From: Candidatus Limnocylindrales bacterium
GTDB taxonomy: Bacteria > Chloroflexota > Limnocylindria > Limnocylindrales > CSP1-4
DNA length: 64,000 nt
Reading direction: 5' to 3'
NCBI GenBank assembly: GCA_036555445.1
Contig: DATBLH010000022.1
Span: 11,226-75,225, forward strand
Shown here one piece after another: positions 26,531 to 36,121 of this stretch. The notes under the pieces are model-generated. The model saw nothing but the letters and a program-made list of their open reading frames with translations. It had not been told where the DNA came from and searched no databases. Each line of letters begins with the position of its first letter. Within the stretch, counting starts at the first letter, position 1. The translations under genes and the position numbers were made by a program.

Positions 26531-28150
26531 GTGCCGACGTCCCTCGGAGACCTCGATCGGCTGTCCGATCTCGCGACCACGATCGCGGGAGCGTGGGGTG
26601 CGCGGGCGCGCTCCTCGACCTCCACCGGCCAGGAGCGCGCGATCCTGCGGTTGTTCGGCGTTCGCGGTCTCGACCGGGCCGGTCACCCGCTCGCGGCCGA
26701 GGTCGTCGAGCGGTACGCCGGCCAGCACCCGGAGCGTCTCGCCGGCGGGATCGCGCTTCCATTTGCGATGGCCCTTCTCGAGTACGACCTGGCGCCCCAA
26801 CAACTGGCGCTCGACGTCGCGTCGGGCGCGGTCGACCTCGCCTTCGAAGCCGAGCTCCTCGGCCAGCCCGATCGTCGTGCGGTCGCCGAGGTCGAGGCAC
26901 GCCGGCTCACGGCGGCGGCATACGAGCGGATCGACGCCAACCGGACCGCCCGGCATGAGCTGCTCGACCTGCTCGGTGAGCCCGCCGGCCCGTGGGTCGG
27001 CACGACGCTTTCGCGGCCCACCGCCGCTCCCGCGCTGGAGGAGGCAATCGGGCTCGTCCGGGATGGCTTCGATCTCCTCCGGGTCGAAGTGCCCGTGGGC
27101 TGGGAGCTCGCGACCCGGCTCCTCGACGCCGGGATGTCCGGTGTCGCCAGCGACCAGGATCCTGCCGATCGCCTCGGCGACGAGGCCTGGGAGCCCGCAC
27201 CGACCGGGAGCCAGCGGGCGCTGGCCGCCCTCCGTCACGCCCTGGACGAAGCGGCAGCGGAACGTCGGAGCTACGTTCGCCTCGCGACGGCGGCGCCGGC
27301 CCTGGCCGCTCCGGAGCAGGCTGTCGTGGCCGCCTTCGAGCGCGTGGATGTCGTCGAGGCCGACCCGCTGAGCGAGATCGTCGCCGGCCGCGTCGACCCG
27401 GACCGCGCCCTCGCCGACCACGCCTTCGCGCATCGCCTGATCCAGCGTGGCGGCGCGACGCTGCTCGTGGGGGCGGGGCCGCTCGTCGTTGCGCCCGACC
27501 TGGCTCGCGGGCTCCCTTCGGATCCGGCGACCCGGGCCGGCCGCGCGCTCGCCCTCCAGCTGCTGGGTGTGGCCATTGCGCGGGCAGACGGTCTGCCGGC
27601 CGACCGGATCGTCGTCTCAGCCCTGCCAACCTGGCTGACGGACGAGCCCGACCCGATCCCGAGCGCCGTGGCCGAGGTCAGCGTTCGCCGCGAGCTCCTG
27701 CCCGGCCACCTCCTCGCGTTCGCCGAGACCGCCGGCGCCGAGCGGGCTCATCCACCGGCATGGCCGTACCTCATCACCGCCGCCCTCAGCCGCGGCACCA
27801 CGAGCGACGGCGCGCCCGGGCCCCTCCTGCTGCGGACGACACCGACCGGCGATGGCCCGAGGCGCCTCCACGAGGCACGCTCGGCGGCGATGGTGGCCGC
27901 CGAGCTCGCACGGAGCGTCCGTGGCGGGCAACTCGAGGGCGCCGCCCTCGCCCATGCGAAGGGCGCCGTGTCGGCCGCGATCGCCACGCTCGAGCGGCTG
28001 GCCGACGGTGGCTGGCCCTCGGTCCTCGGCGAGACACCTTCCGGGGCTCGCCGGGATCGGCCGCGTCTGGGCGCCGATGCCGTCACCGAGCGAACCGAGT
28101 CCTTCGACCCGCTCGCCGATCCGACCGCGCCGGTGCAGGGTCGCCGCTAG
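26531..28150 (+). CDS. lysine 5,6-aminomutase alpha-subunit-like protein (orphan, divergent)
   Basis: ERAILRLFGVRGLD and SYVRLATAAPALAAPEQAVVAAFERVDVVEADPLSEIV line up with my recollection of KamD (ERAVCRLLGIDGVD and KYIRLCNYCSGLCMPEIAAMGAIERLDVMLNDALYGIL). The length of about 540 aa fits. This needs HMM confirmation. Confidence 0.45.
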   Translation: MPTSLGDLDRLSDLATTIAGAWGARARSSTSTGQERAILRLFGVRGLDRAGHPLAAEVVERYAGQHPERLAGGIALPFAMALLEYDLAPQQLALDVASGAVDLAFEAELLGQPDRRAVAEVEARRLTAAAYERIDANRTARHELLDLLGEPAGPWVGTTLSRPTAAPALEEAIGLVRDGFDLLRVEVPVGWELATRLLDAGMSGVASDQDPADRLGDEAWEPAPTGSQRALAALRHALDEAAAERRSYVRLATAAPALAAPEQAVVAAFERVDVVEADPLSEIVAGRVDPDRALADHAFAHRLIQRGGATLLVGAGPLVVAPDLARGLPSDPATRAGRALALQLLGVAIARADGLPADRIVVSALPTWLTDEPDPIPSAVAEVSVRRELLPGHLLAFAETAGAERAHPPAWPYLITAALSRGTTSDGAPGPLLLRTTPTGDGPRRLHEARSAAMVAAELARSVRGGQLEGAALAHAKGAVSAAIATLERLADGGWPSVLGETPSGARRDRPRLGADAVTERTESFDPLADPTAPVQGRR

Positions 28151-28166
28151 TCCCGCGCCGTTCGTG

Positions 28167-28198
28167 CACCCGGCCGAATCGCGTATGCACGCCGGGTG
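28167..28198. terminator. GC-rich hairpin in a convergent intergenic region (CACCCGGC-16 nt-GCCGGGTG)
   Basis: Perfect 8-bp inverted repeat just downstream of the stop at 28150. No U-tract. Confidence 0.3.
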
Positions 28199-28240
28199 AA
28201 CGCAAACGCGGCGCCGACCCGGCACGGCCCCTTCCAGATC

Positions 28241-28270
28241 GGATTCCACGCACGAAGCCGTGCGGAATCC
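28241..28270. terminator. GC-rich hairpin in a convergent intergenic region (GGATTCCaCGCAC-GAAGCC-GTGCGGAATCC)
   Basis: An 11-12-bp inverted repeat with one bulge, between two convergent genes. It could act in both directions. Confidence 0.35.
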
Positions 28271-28358
28271 GGGTCCGGGACGCGGACCTGGGCGAGAGCG
28301 TCAGGTGGCGGTCGTTCGCGATTCGGGGCCGGGTCGGGCCACCCTCCCCCTGATCGCC

Positions 28359-29183
28359 TCAGGCGTCCTGCCAGCCGTGCTCGGGGCGATAGCCGATCAG
28401 CTCTCGCGCGTGATCGATGGAGAGCAGCGTCACCCGGCCCTCCACCGGGCGTCGGAGCTCGACGTCTGGGAACACCTCGGCCATGAGATCCGCACTGGGC
28501 CGGGTCATCACCGTGTCCGCCGCGGCCACGATGCACACGTCCGAGCCCTCGATCGGCGCCGTCAGGCCGAGCCGGATCGCCTGCGCCACGTCCCGGGCGT
28601 CGACGTAGCCCCACAGGTTCCACTTCCGGAGCGTGGCGTCGTCCTGGAATGACGGGAAGCGCGCGTATTCCTCGGGCTCCATGATGTTCGAGATCCGAAG
28701 CCCGAGGAACGGGATCCCGGTCTGGCGCGCGAACTGGCTCGCCATCGTCTCGCCGACCAGTTTCGACAGGGCATACGACGTCTCGGGTCGCGGCGGGTGG
28801 GTCTCGTCGATGGGGGCGAATGCCGGCGGCGTGTCGAACGGCAACCCGAGCACGGTCTCGCTCGAGGCCCAGACGACGCGCTGCACTCCGGCTGCCACCG
28901 CCGCCGCGAACACGTTGTACGTCGACAGGGCGTTGATCCTGAACGTCTCGCCGGTCGGACGCAGCTCTGGTGCCGGGATCGCGGCGAGATGGACGACCGC
29001 GTCCGCTCCGGCGACAACGTCGTGGGCCTGGCCGAGCTCGGTGAGATCCGCTCGCACGCACAACCCGTGCGGGCTGCCGTCATGGGTGAGGTCGACGTTG
29101 AGGACGTCGTGGCCGTGGTGGCGAAGGTCCCGGACCACCCAGCGACCGGCCTTGCCGCTCCCGCCCGTCACCACGATGCGCAT
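28359..29183 (-). CDS. NAD-dependent epimerase/dehydratase family protein
   Basis: MRIVVTGGSGKAGRWVVRDL (Rossmann fold) and the YALSK catalytic motif. ATG 29183 was chosen; the longer ORF to 29354 overlaps hypA. Confidence 0.85.
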   Translation of the reverse strand: MRIVVTGGSGKAGRWVVRDLRHHGHDVLNVDLTHDGSPHGLCVRADLTELGQAHDVVAGADAVVHLAAIPAPELRPTGETFRINALSTYNVFAAAVAAGVQRVVWASSETVLGLPFDTPPAFAPIDETHPPRPETSYALSKLVGETMASQFARQTGIPFLGLRISNIMEPEEYARFPSFQDDATLRKWNLWGYVDARDVAQAIRLGLTAPIEGSDVCIVAAADTVMTRPSADLMAEVFPDVELRRPVEGRVTLLSIDHARELIGYRPEHGWQDA

Positions 29184-29221
29184 GCGTCGATTGTCGAGGG
29201 TTGTCGCGGCCGCCGTCGCGC

Positions 29222-29554
29222 TCACTCGAGGGCCACGAGCTCGAGCTCGGCCGTCCGAGGCGCCGAATGGATGGCATCGCACGCCGGGCACACCGCGAGA
29301 GATCCGCCGATCTCGTGTTCCGGCCCCAGGGTGCCGGCGAAGCCGCAGGGGCACTCGAGACGCCGTTCGAATCGCATCGTCTCCAGCCGTGCACCGGCCA
29401 GGGGTCCCTCGGCCGTGAGCATCTCGAACGCCTGGCGCAACGCGTCCTCGGACACCGTCGAGGCGTGGCGAACCACGATCCGCTCAATCCTCGCTCCACC
29501 AACCTCGTCGAGACATGACGCGATCAGGGCTTCGGTCAACGCGATCTCGTGCAC
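29222..29554 (-). CDS. hypA: hydrogenase nickel-insertion protein HypA
   Basis: The N-terminus is MHEIALTEAL (MHE Ni-binding motif). The C-terminal Cys cluster is ECPCG...VCPACD. Confidence 0.85.
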   Translation of the reverse strand: MHEIALTEALIASCLDEVGGARIERIVVRHASTVSEDALRQAFEMLTAEGPLAGARLETMRFERRLECPCGFAGTLGPEHEIGGSLAVCPACDAIHSAPRTAELELVALE

Positions 29555-30009
29555 GAGGCCTCGTCTCGTCTCTGCGCCCCGCGGTCGGCCACCATCGCCG
29601 CGATGACCTCAACCGCTCGTCGGAGCCCGCGCTCTGCGGCGGCCGTTCTGGGGTAGCCGAGGTCCAGGGACTCGACGCCGATCCGGACGGTGATCGCGTC
29701 CGCAACCCCGCCATCCAGGAGCCGGGCAAGCTCAACCAGCGCAGCCGGGGTCACGTGGTGCGAGAACGACCCCGGACGTGCGTCTCCGATCGGGCCCACG
29801 GCAATCCGGCCGGGTGCCAATCGGATGTCTGCATCGACGAACACCACCAGGCTCGCCGCAGCCACGTCCACTGCCAGCTCCGGGGTCAACTGACGGACAG
29901 ATCGCGTGCGTACGCCGGCCAGCCGCGCATCGGTCGCCAAGGCCTCCGCCACGGCTCGGCCCACGCCATCGTCGGCACGCAGCTCGTTGCCGACGCCGAT
30001 GATGAGCAC
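29536..30009 (-). CDS. hoxW: hydrogenase maturation endopeptidase (HoxW/HyaD family)
   Basis: VLIIGVGNELRADDGVGRAVAEAL. The start is uncertain: GTG at 30009 or CTG at 30036, with the ORF open to 30129. Confidence 0.8.
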   Translation of the reverse strand: MLIIGVGNELRADDGVGRAVAEALATDARLAGVRTRSVRQLTPELAVDVAAASLVVFVDADIRLAPGRIAVGPIGDARPGSFSHHVTPAALVELARLLDGGVADAITVRIGVESLDLGYPRTAAAERGLRRAVEVIAAMVADRGAQRRDEASCTRSR

Positions 30010-30032
30010 GTGACCGGTGTCCGCGCTGTCCG

Positions 30033-31466
30033 TCAGCGCCGGATCTCGTCCAGGACGACGCCGTCGTTGGTCAGCAGCGTGATCTCGAGCGGCATGTCGC
30101 CGAGCGCATGGGTGGAACAGGACAGGCACGGGTCGTAGCAGCGGATGACCGCCTCGACACGGTTCAGCATCCCCTCGCTCAGCCGATCGCTCTTGACATA
30201 CCGTCGTGCGACCTGGGTGACGCTCTCATTCATCGCCAGGTTGTTGTGGCCGGTCGCGATCACGAGGTTCGCCCACTGAACGATGCCATCGTCGTCTACG
30301 CGGTAGTGGTGGATCAACGTCCCGCGCGGCGCCTCGGACACGCCCACCCCCTCGTTTCGGTTGATCGGGGCATGGCTCCGCACGCGGGGACTCAGGATTC
30401 CCGGATCGCGCAACAGCTCGGCGATCCGCTCGATGCCAAAAAGCACCTCGATCAGCCGAGCGTAGTGGTAGTGGAACGTGCTGGACGGCATTCGACCAAC
30501 CCGGCTCCGGAACGCCTTCAGCTCGGCGTCCGCTCCGGGGGTCCCGAATCGGTCCGAGACGACCAGCCGCGCCAGCGGACCCACGCGGTAGATCCCGGCC
30601 GGGTAACCCGCCGGCTTCCAGTAAACGGACTTGAGATAGCTCCACGGCTCCACCGCCTCGCCGATGACGTCCTGGTACGACCGGGGATCGATGTCGTCAG
30701 CGAGCCGGTCACCATTCGCGGACACGACCCGCAGGCGGCCGCCATAGTGATCCATGCGGCCTTCATCGTCGACGAGGCCCATGTAGGCCGACGGGAAGCT
30801 ACCCAGGCCGGCAGCCTCCTCCTCCCAGCCGACCAGTTCCGTCTGATACCAGTCCAGTGTGCGGCGGATTGCGGCGAGAGCACCGGGAATCGTGGCCACG
30901 ATCCGGTCGCGGGTCTCGGCCGTCAGCGGCGCATCCACGCCCCCCGGCACCACCCAGGCGGGGTGGATGCGCTTGCCACCCAGCCACTCGATGATCTGCT
31001 GCCCGAACCGTCGGACCGCGATCCCGTCGCGGGCCAGCTGGGGATGGTGCTGGGCAACGCCCACGATGTTCCGGACCGCGGGATCGCCGTCGAAACCGAA
31101 TAGCAGGTCCGGGGACGACAGGTGGAAGAAGCTGAGCGCGTGCGACTGGACGAGCTGGGCGAGGTTCATCACCCGTCGCAGGTCTGCGCCGGTGGGTGGC
31201 GGCTCGACGGCGAGAATCTCGTCGCACGCCTTGGCCGAGGCCACGAGGTGACTGACCGGGCAGATGCCGCAGATCCGCGCCATGATCGACGGCATCTCGT
31301 GGATCGGGCGGCCCTGCACCATCCGCTCGAAGCCACGGAACTGGGTGACGTGGAAGAACGCCCGATCCACCGCTCCGTCGGCGTCGAGGTGGATCGTGAT
31401 CTTCGAGTGGCCCTCGATCCGCGTGACCGGATCGATGACAATCGTGCTGGCCGGCTCGGTGGTCAT
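30033..31466 (-). CDS. hoxH: [NiFe] hydrogenase large subunit, bidirectional (group 3) type
   Basis: DPVTRIEGH, the N-terminal metal motif RICGICPVSH, and the C-terminal DPCLSCSTHALG followed by a 21-aa extension for proteolytic maturation. Confidence 0.92.
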   Translation of the reverse strand: MTTEPASTIVIDPVTRIEGHSKITIHLDADGAVDRAFFHVTQFRGFERMVQGRPIHEMPSIMARICGICPVSHLVASAKACDEILAVEPPPTGADLRRVMNLAQLVQSHALSFFHLSSPDLLFGFDGDPAVRNIVGVAQHHPQLARDGIAVRRFGQQIIEWLGGKRIHPAWVVPGGVDAPLTAETRDRIVATIPGALAAIRRTLDWYQTELVGWEEEAAGLGSFPSAYMGLVDDEGRMDHYGGRLRVVSANGDRLADDIDPRSYQDVIGEAVEPWSYLKSVYWKPAGYPAGIYRVGPLARLVVSDRFGTPGADAELKAFRSRVGRMPSSTFHYHYARLIEVLFGIERIAELLRDPGILSPRVRSHAPINRNEGVGVSEAPRGTLIHHYRVDDDGIVQWANLVIATGHNNLAMNESVTQVARRYVKSDRLSEGMLNRVEAVIRCYDPCLSCSTHALGDMPLEITLLTNDGVVLDEIRR

Positions 31467-31468
31467 CG

Positions 31469-31999
31469 CTAGCGTCCGAACCGGGCGCCCGTCGTATCGG
31501 GTTGGCGGCCCTCGATGAGGTCGATCACGGCGGCGAAGATGAGGTCGGCGGACGGCGGGCAGCCGGGGAGGTAGACGTCCACGGGGACGACCTGGTGGAC
31601 CGGCCGGCTGGTCGGCAGGAGCGCGGGCACCACGTCCAGGGGCGGGCGGCGATTCAGGGTGGCATTCTCGACGTAGGCACGCTCCAGGAGCGGCCGGGTC
31701 CCGATCGGATTGCGCATCCCGGGCACGTTCGCCGTGACTGCGCAATCGCCGAACGAGACCAGCGTCTGCGTGCGCTCGCGGACAAGGCGGATCTTGTGCA
31801 GATCGTCTTCGCTGGACACCGCCCCTTCGACGAGGCACACGTCGACACCATCGGGGTACTCCTTGGCGTCCACGAGCGGGCTGTACACGATATCCGCCCG
31901 CGCGGCGACCTCGAGCAGCCGTTCATCCATGTCGAGGAACGACATGTGACAGCCCGAACAGCCGTCGAGCCAGACGGTAGCCAGCCGGGGTCGCGTCAC
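31469..31999 (-). CDS. hoxY: [NiFe] hydrogenase small subunit (NuoB-like)
   Basis: LDGCSGCHMSFLD, GDCA and LPGCPP. The GTG start overlaps the hoxU stop (GTGA). Confidence 0.9.
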   Translation of the reverse strand: MTRPRLATVWLDGCSGCHMSFLDMDERLLEVAARADIVYSPLVDAKEYPDGVDVCLVEGAVSSEDDLHKIRLVRERTQTLVSFGDCAVTANVPGMRNPIGTRPLLERAYVENATLNRRPPLDVVPALLPTSRPVHQVVPVDVYLPGCPPSADLIFAAVIDLIEGRQPDTTGARFGR

Positions 32000-32709
32000 G
32001 ATGGCCCGTCCTGGCCGACCGCGCGCAGGTAGGGGAGATAGGGCCGCCTGGCCTTGCTCCCCTCGGCGATCGAGCGGCCCTTCTCGAACAGGGCACCGGT
32101 GGGGCAGACCTGGACGCACTTGCCGCAGCTGGTGCAGGTCGAGGACGCGCCCCACGGTGTACCCATGTCGGTCACGACCCGGGCGTCGAGACCGGCGCCC
32201 ATCACGCCCCACGTATGCGCCCCCTCGATCTCCCCGCACACGCGAACGCAGCGAGTGCACATGATGCAGCGGTTGTGGTCGATCGCGAACAGCGGGTGGG
32301 TCGCGTCGATGCCGACGTTCGGATTGATGACCGGCAGCTCGAAGTGCTGGACGCTCAGCTGCTCGGCGCGATCCTGGAGCTCGCAGTGGTTGTTGGCGAC
32401 GCAGATCGAGCAGATGTGATTGCGCTCGAGGTACATCATCTCGACGATCGTCCTGCGGTATTCGACGAGTTCGTCGGACGCGGTCGTCACCTCCATCGCC
32501 TCCGCCACGGGGGTGGTACAGGCCGGCGTGAGCTTGGGCGACCCGGCGATCTGGACCACGCACATCCGGCAGCCGCCAGTGTCCGACAGGCCGTCGAGGT
32601 GGCACATCGTCGGGATCGAGATGCCGTTCTCGGCGGCGACCGAGAGGATCGTCTGGCCGTCGGCGCCGGCCACGTCGTGGCCGTCGATGCGGAGCGTGTG
32701 GACCGTCAC
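31996..32709 (-). CDS. hoxU: diaphorase iron-sulfur subunit HoxU (NuoG N-terminal-like, 2Fe-2S plus 4Fe-4S clusters)
   Basis: [40 protein letters not shown] and [16 protein letters not shown]. The GTG start overlaps the hoxF stop. Confidence 0.9.
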   Translation of the reverse strand: MTVHTLRIDGHDVAGADGQTILSVAAENGISIPTMCHLDGLSDTGGCRMCVVQIAGSPKLTPACTTPVAEAMEVTTASDELVEYRRTIVEMMYLERNHICSICVANNHCELQDRAEQLSVQHFELPVINPNVGIDATHPLFAIDHNRCIMCTRCVRVCGEIEGAHTWGVMGAGLDARVVTDMGTPWGASSTCTSCGKCVQVCPTGALFEKGRSIAEGSKARRPYLPYLRAVGQDGPS

Positions 32710-34367
32710 GCGGACACCGCCTCGGGCGCCATCTCGCATACGCCCGCCGGGCAGCGCCGTTCCTCGATGTGGGCGAGGTACTCGGACCGGAAGTAGCGCA
32801 GCGTGCTGAATACCGGATTCGGCGCCCCCTGCCCAAGACCGCACAGGCTCGTCCGCTGGACCATGCCCGCCAGGCGCTCCAGTGTCACGAGGTCGGCCGT
32901 CGACGCCAGGCCGCTCGTGATTCGGGTCAGCAGCACGTGGAGCTGGGTCGTCCCGACGCGGCAAGGGACGCACTTGCCGCACGACTCCTCGCGCATGAAG
33001 TCCATGAAGAAGCGGGCCAGGTCGACCATGCAGCTGGTGTCGTCCATGACGATCATTCCGCCCGAGCCCATCATCGAGCCGATCTTCGTGAGCGATTCGT
33101 ACTCGACCGGCATGTCGAGGAACTCGGCCGGGATGCAGCCACCCGCAGGGCCGCCGGTCTGAATGGCCTTGAACTCGCGGCCGTCGACGATGCCGCCGCC
33201 GATGTCGAACACGATCGCCCGGAGCGTGGTTCCCATCGGGACCTCCACCAACCCGGTGTTGACGACGCGACCTGCCAGCGCGAACACCTTGGTGCCCCTG
33301 CTGCCCGCGGTCCCGATGGATGCGAACCAGTCGCCACCGTTGCGGATGATCGGCGGAACGTTGGCGAACGTCTCGACATTGTTGATCAGCGTCGGGCGGT
33401 CATACAGCCCGGATACCGCCGGGTACGGTGGTCTCGGGACCGGCGAGCCGCGCCCACCCTCGATCGATGCGATGAGCGCGGTCTCCTCGCCGCAGACGTA
33501 CGCCCCTGCGCCGAGACGGACGTCGACTTCGAACGAGAACTTCGTGTCCATGATGGTGGCCCCGAGGTAGTCTCGCCGGGTGGCGTCGCGGATCGCCTTC
33601 CGAACCCGCGCCACGACCAGTGGGTACTCGCCGCGACAGTAGACGTAGCCTGCGGAGGCGCCGACGGCGTAGGCTGCGATCGCCATCCCCTCGAGCACCC
33701 GGTGCGGGTCGCTCTCGAGGATATTGCGGTCCATGAACGCTCCCGGGTCGCCCTCGTCGGCATTGCAGATGACGTAGCGAGGGGTTCCGGTCGCCTTGGC
33801 GACCGTATTCCACTTGAGCCCGGTTGGATAGCCAGCTCCGCCGCGTCCTCGCAGGCCGCTGGTCGTGATCTCATCGCGGACCTCCCCAGGGGTCATCGTC
33901 CTGATCGCGCGCCCCAGGGCCGCGTATCCGCCGGCATCCAGGTAATCGTCCAGGCTCTCGGGGTCGATCCGGCCCGAGTTCTCGGTGGCGATCGGCACCT
34001 GGCGCTCGAAGAACTCGCGCTGGGTCGTGCTCGCGGCGTGCTGCGGGCCTGCTGTCAACGCCTCGAGGATCGGCGCGAGCTCGTCCGGACGGACGCGGCT
34101 GAACATCTGCCCGGACTGCGGAACGTGGACGAGCGGGCCCTCGGCGCACAGACGCAGACAGCCGACTCGCTTGACCTCGACGCGGGACGGGCCGCGCTCC
34201 GCGATCTGCGTGCCGAGCTTCGTCAGCACCTCGTGCGACGATCGGGACAGACAGCTGACGGCCTCGCACACGTAGGCTGAGAGACCGGCGGACACGGCTG
34301 GATGCGTGTCCTCAACGGGTCGGCGTTGCGAGGCGCCGTCGCCGCCCGGGGTCGCGGTCTCGCTCAC
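32706..34367 (-). CDS. hoxF: diaphorase NAD(H)/FMN-binding subunit HoxF (NuoF-like)
   Basis: [31 protein letters not shown] and [12 protein letters not shown]. An N-terminal thioredoxin-like 2Fe-2S region is present. Confidence 0.92.
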   Translation of the reverse strand: MSETATPGGDGASQRRPVEDTHPAVSAGLSAYVCEAVSCLSRSSHEVLTKLGTQIAERGPSRVEVKRVGCLRLCAEGPLVHVPQSGQMFSRVRPDELAPILEALTAGPQHAASTTQREFFERQVPIATENSGRIDPESLDDYLDAGGYAALGRAIRTMTPGEVRDEITTSGLRGRGGAGYPTGLKWNTVAKATGTPRYVICNADEGDPGAFMDRNILESDPHRVLEGMAIAAYAVGASAGYVYCRGEYPLVVARVRKAIRDATRRDYLGATIMDTKFSFEVDVRLGAGAYVCGEETALIASIEGGRGSPVPRPPYPAVSGLYDRPTLINNVETFANVPPIIRNGGDWFASIGTAGSRGTKVFALAGRVVNTGLVEVPMGTTLRAIVFDIGGGIVDGREFKAIQTGGPAGGCIPAEFLDMPVEYESLTKIGSMMGSGGMIVMDDTSCMVDLARFFMDFMREESCGKCVPCRVGTTQLHVLLTRITSGLASTADLVTLERLAGMVQRTSLCGLGQGAPNPVFSTLRYFRSEYLAHIEERRCPAGVCEMAPEAVSA

Positions 34368-34855
34368 AATGCTCGGAGCCTCGTGGCCAGCTCTTCACCA
34401 TCAACGTGGTCCTCGAATCGGCCGTCCACGATCGCGGCGGGAGCCAGGCTGCACGCACCGAAGCAGCGGCCGGTCAGCAGGGACAGCTTGCGGTCCGCCG
34501 TCGTCTCGCCCGGCGCGATGCCGAGGGACTCTTGGATTCGGGCCAGGATCGGCAACGCGCCATTGATGTAGCAGGCCGTGCCGGTACAGACCACGCACGT
34601 GTGCTCGCCGCGTGGCTGCAACGTGAAGTACGAGTAGAACGTCGCAACCCCGTACACGGTCGACGGCGGGATCGCGAGCGCCTTCCCGATATACCGGAGG
34701 GCCTCGTCGTCGATGTAGCCGAAGGCGTCCTGTGTCGCGTGGAGTGCCTCGATCAGGGCGTCGCGCCGGTAGCCAAGGCGCTGCATCCTGGACTCCACCT
34801 TCCGCCAGCGCTCGTCGTCAGCGGGCGGGGCGGATCTGCTGACAGGGACAACCAA
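34364..34855 (-). CDS. hoxE: diaphorase 2Fe-2S subunit HoxE (NuoE-like)
   Basis: [16 protein letters not shown]...[16 protein letters not shown]...[14 protein letters not shown] at 34855 with GGAGG 6 nt upstream was chosen; the ORF is open to 34927. Confidence 0.85.
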   Translation of the reverse strand: MVVPVSRSAPPADDERWRKVESRMQRLGYRRDALIEALHATQDAFGYIDDEALRYIGKALAIPPSTVYGVATFYSYFTLQPRGEHTCVVCTGTACYINGALPILARIQESLGIAPGETTADRKLSLLTGRCFGACSLAPAAIVDGRFEDHVDGEELATRLRAL

Positions 34856-34949
34856 ACCCGTCCTCCGGCAGGCAACTACTGCACCTAACCGTATACCACT
34901 CCACAAGACCGATCCGCACTCGACCAACCGGCCTATGATCGTGGGGCCA

Positions 34950-35195
34950 ATGTGCCTGACCTATCCAGGCCTCGTCGTCGCCGTCGATGAGGTCAGCGCC
35001 GTCGTCCGCGGCGAGCACCGCGACTACCGGGCCTCGACGATCCTGGTGCCGGATGTTTCGCCGGGTGACTATGTGGTCGTTGCGGCCGGCACGATCCTGG
35101 AACGCCTCGACCCCACCGAGGCGGCGGAGATGCGCGCTCTCCTTGCCGGCGATGTCGCGCCGTCCGGGCGTCCAGCAGATACGGGAGGAATGTGA
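34950..35195 (+). CDS. hypC: HypC/HybG/HupF-family hydrogenase assembly chaperone
   Basis: MCLTYPGLVVAV... has the obligatory N-terminal Met-Cys, and ...PGDYVVVAAGTILERLD follows. The track ORF begins 5 codons earlier at 34935. Confidence 0.8.
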   Translation: MCLTYPGLVVAVDEVSAVVRGEHRDYRASTILVPDVSPGDYVVVAAGTILERLDPTEAAEMRALLAGDVAPSGRPADTGGM

Positions 35196-36121
35196 TGTCG
35201 TCGTCGACGGATGTCCGTCGCGGGATCCTGCTCGCCGCGGGGACGGCACTGATCAGCGGCGTCGCCGTGTTCCTCAACTCATTCGGGGTCAAGGCGGTCC
35301 CGGACGCGGCCGTGTATACGACTGCCAAGAACCTCGTCGCCGCCGCGATCCTCGTCGCGGCTTCGATCGCCCTACCGGGGCGGCTGACGTGGCCGGCCCC
35401 GCGTTCGCGCGCTTCGGCCGGACTGATCGCGATCGCCGTCATCGGCGGCAGCGTCCCGTTCGTGCTGTTCTTCAGCGGACTCGCCATCGCGACCGCGCCC
35501 ACAGCCGCCTTCATCCACAAGACGCTGTTCATCTGGGTCGCACTGCTCGCCGTCCCCCTGCTCGGCGAGCGACTTGGCTTGATGCCCATCGCGGCCCTGG
35601 GCGTCCTGCTCGCCGGCCAGATGCTCGTGGCACCGCCGACCGGTGTCGGCATCGGGCCGGGCGAGCTGATGATCGCGGCCGCGACGGCGCTGTGGTCGGT
35701 TGAGGTCATTATCGCGAAGCGCCTGCTCGGCACGGTCCCTGTGCGCACGGTCGCCGTCGCCCGGATGGCGCTTGGGGTGCTGATCCTGGCCGGCTACCTC
35801 GTCGTCGCCGGAAAGCTGGGCACGATCGCCGCGATCACGACCACGGGCTGGCTCTGGATCGGCGTCACGGGCGTTCTCCTCGCGGGCTATGTGGGGACGT
35901 GGTACGCGGCCCTTCGCGAGGCGCCGGCGACGGCGGTGACGAGCATCCTGGTCGTGGGGGCCGTGGTGACCGGTGTGCTGTCGGCCGTCTCGGCCGGCGC
36001 CGTGCCCGTTGGGGCGGTCGTGGGGGGCTATCTGCTGATCTTCGTCGCCGTGGCCGGGATCGCGATCCTTGCGATTGGCGGAAGAGGACGTTCCGAACCC
36101 CGTGCTCGCGCCGCCTCCTAG
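35192..36121 (+). CDS. EamA/DMT-family transporter
   Basis: Ten hydrophobic segments arranged as two EamA-like halves. ATGA overlap with hypC. Confidence 0.75.
   Translation: MMSSSTDVRRGILLAAGTALISGVAVFLNSFGVKAVPDAAVYTTAKNLVAAAILVAASIALPGRLTWPAPRSRASAGLIAIAVIGGSVPFVLFFSGLAIATAPTAAFIHKTLFIWVALLAVPLLGERLGLMPIAALGVLLAGQMLVAPPTGVGIGPGELMIAAATALWSVEVIIAKRLLGTVPVRTVAVARMALGVLILAGYLVVAGKLGTIAAITTTGWLWIGVTGVLLAGYVGTWYAALREAPATAVTSILVVGAVVTGVLSAVSAGAVPVGAVVGGYLLIFVAVAGIAILAIGGRGRSEPRARAAS

Noticed and set aside
30033-32982. N-terminally extended ORFs for hoxH (to 31838), hoxY (to 32836) and hoxU (to 32982).
   Set aside because: The extensions are out-of-frame readings of the upstream hox gene. The conserved N-termini ([43 protein letters not shown]) start at ATG or GTG codons that overlap or abut the upstream stop.
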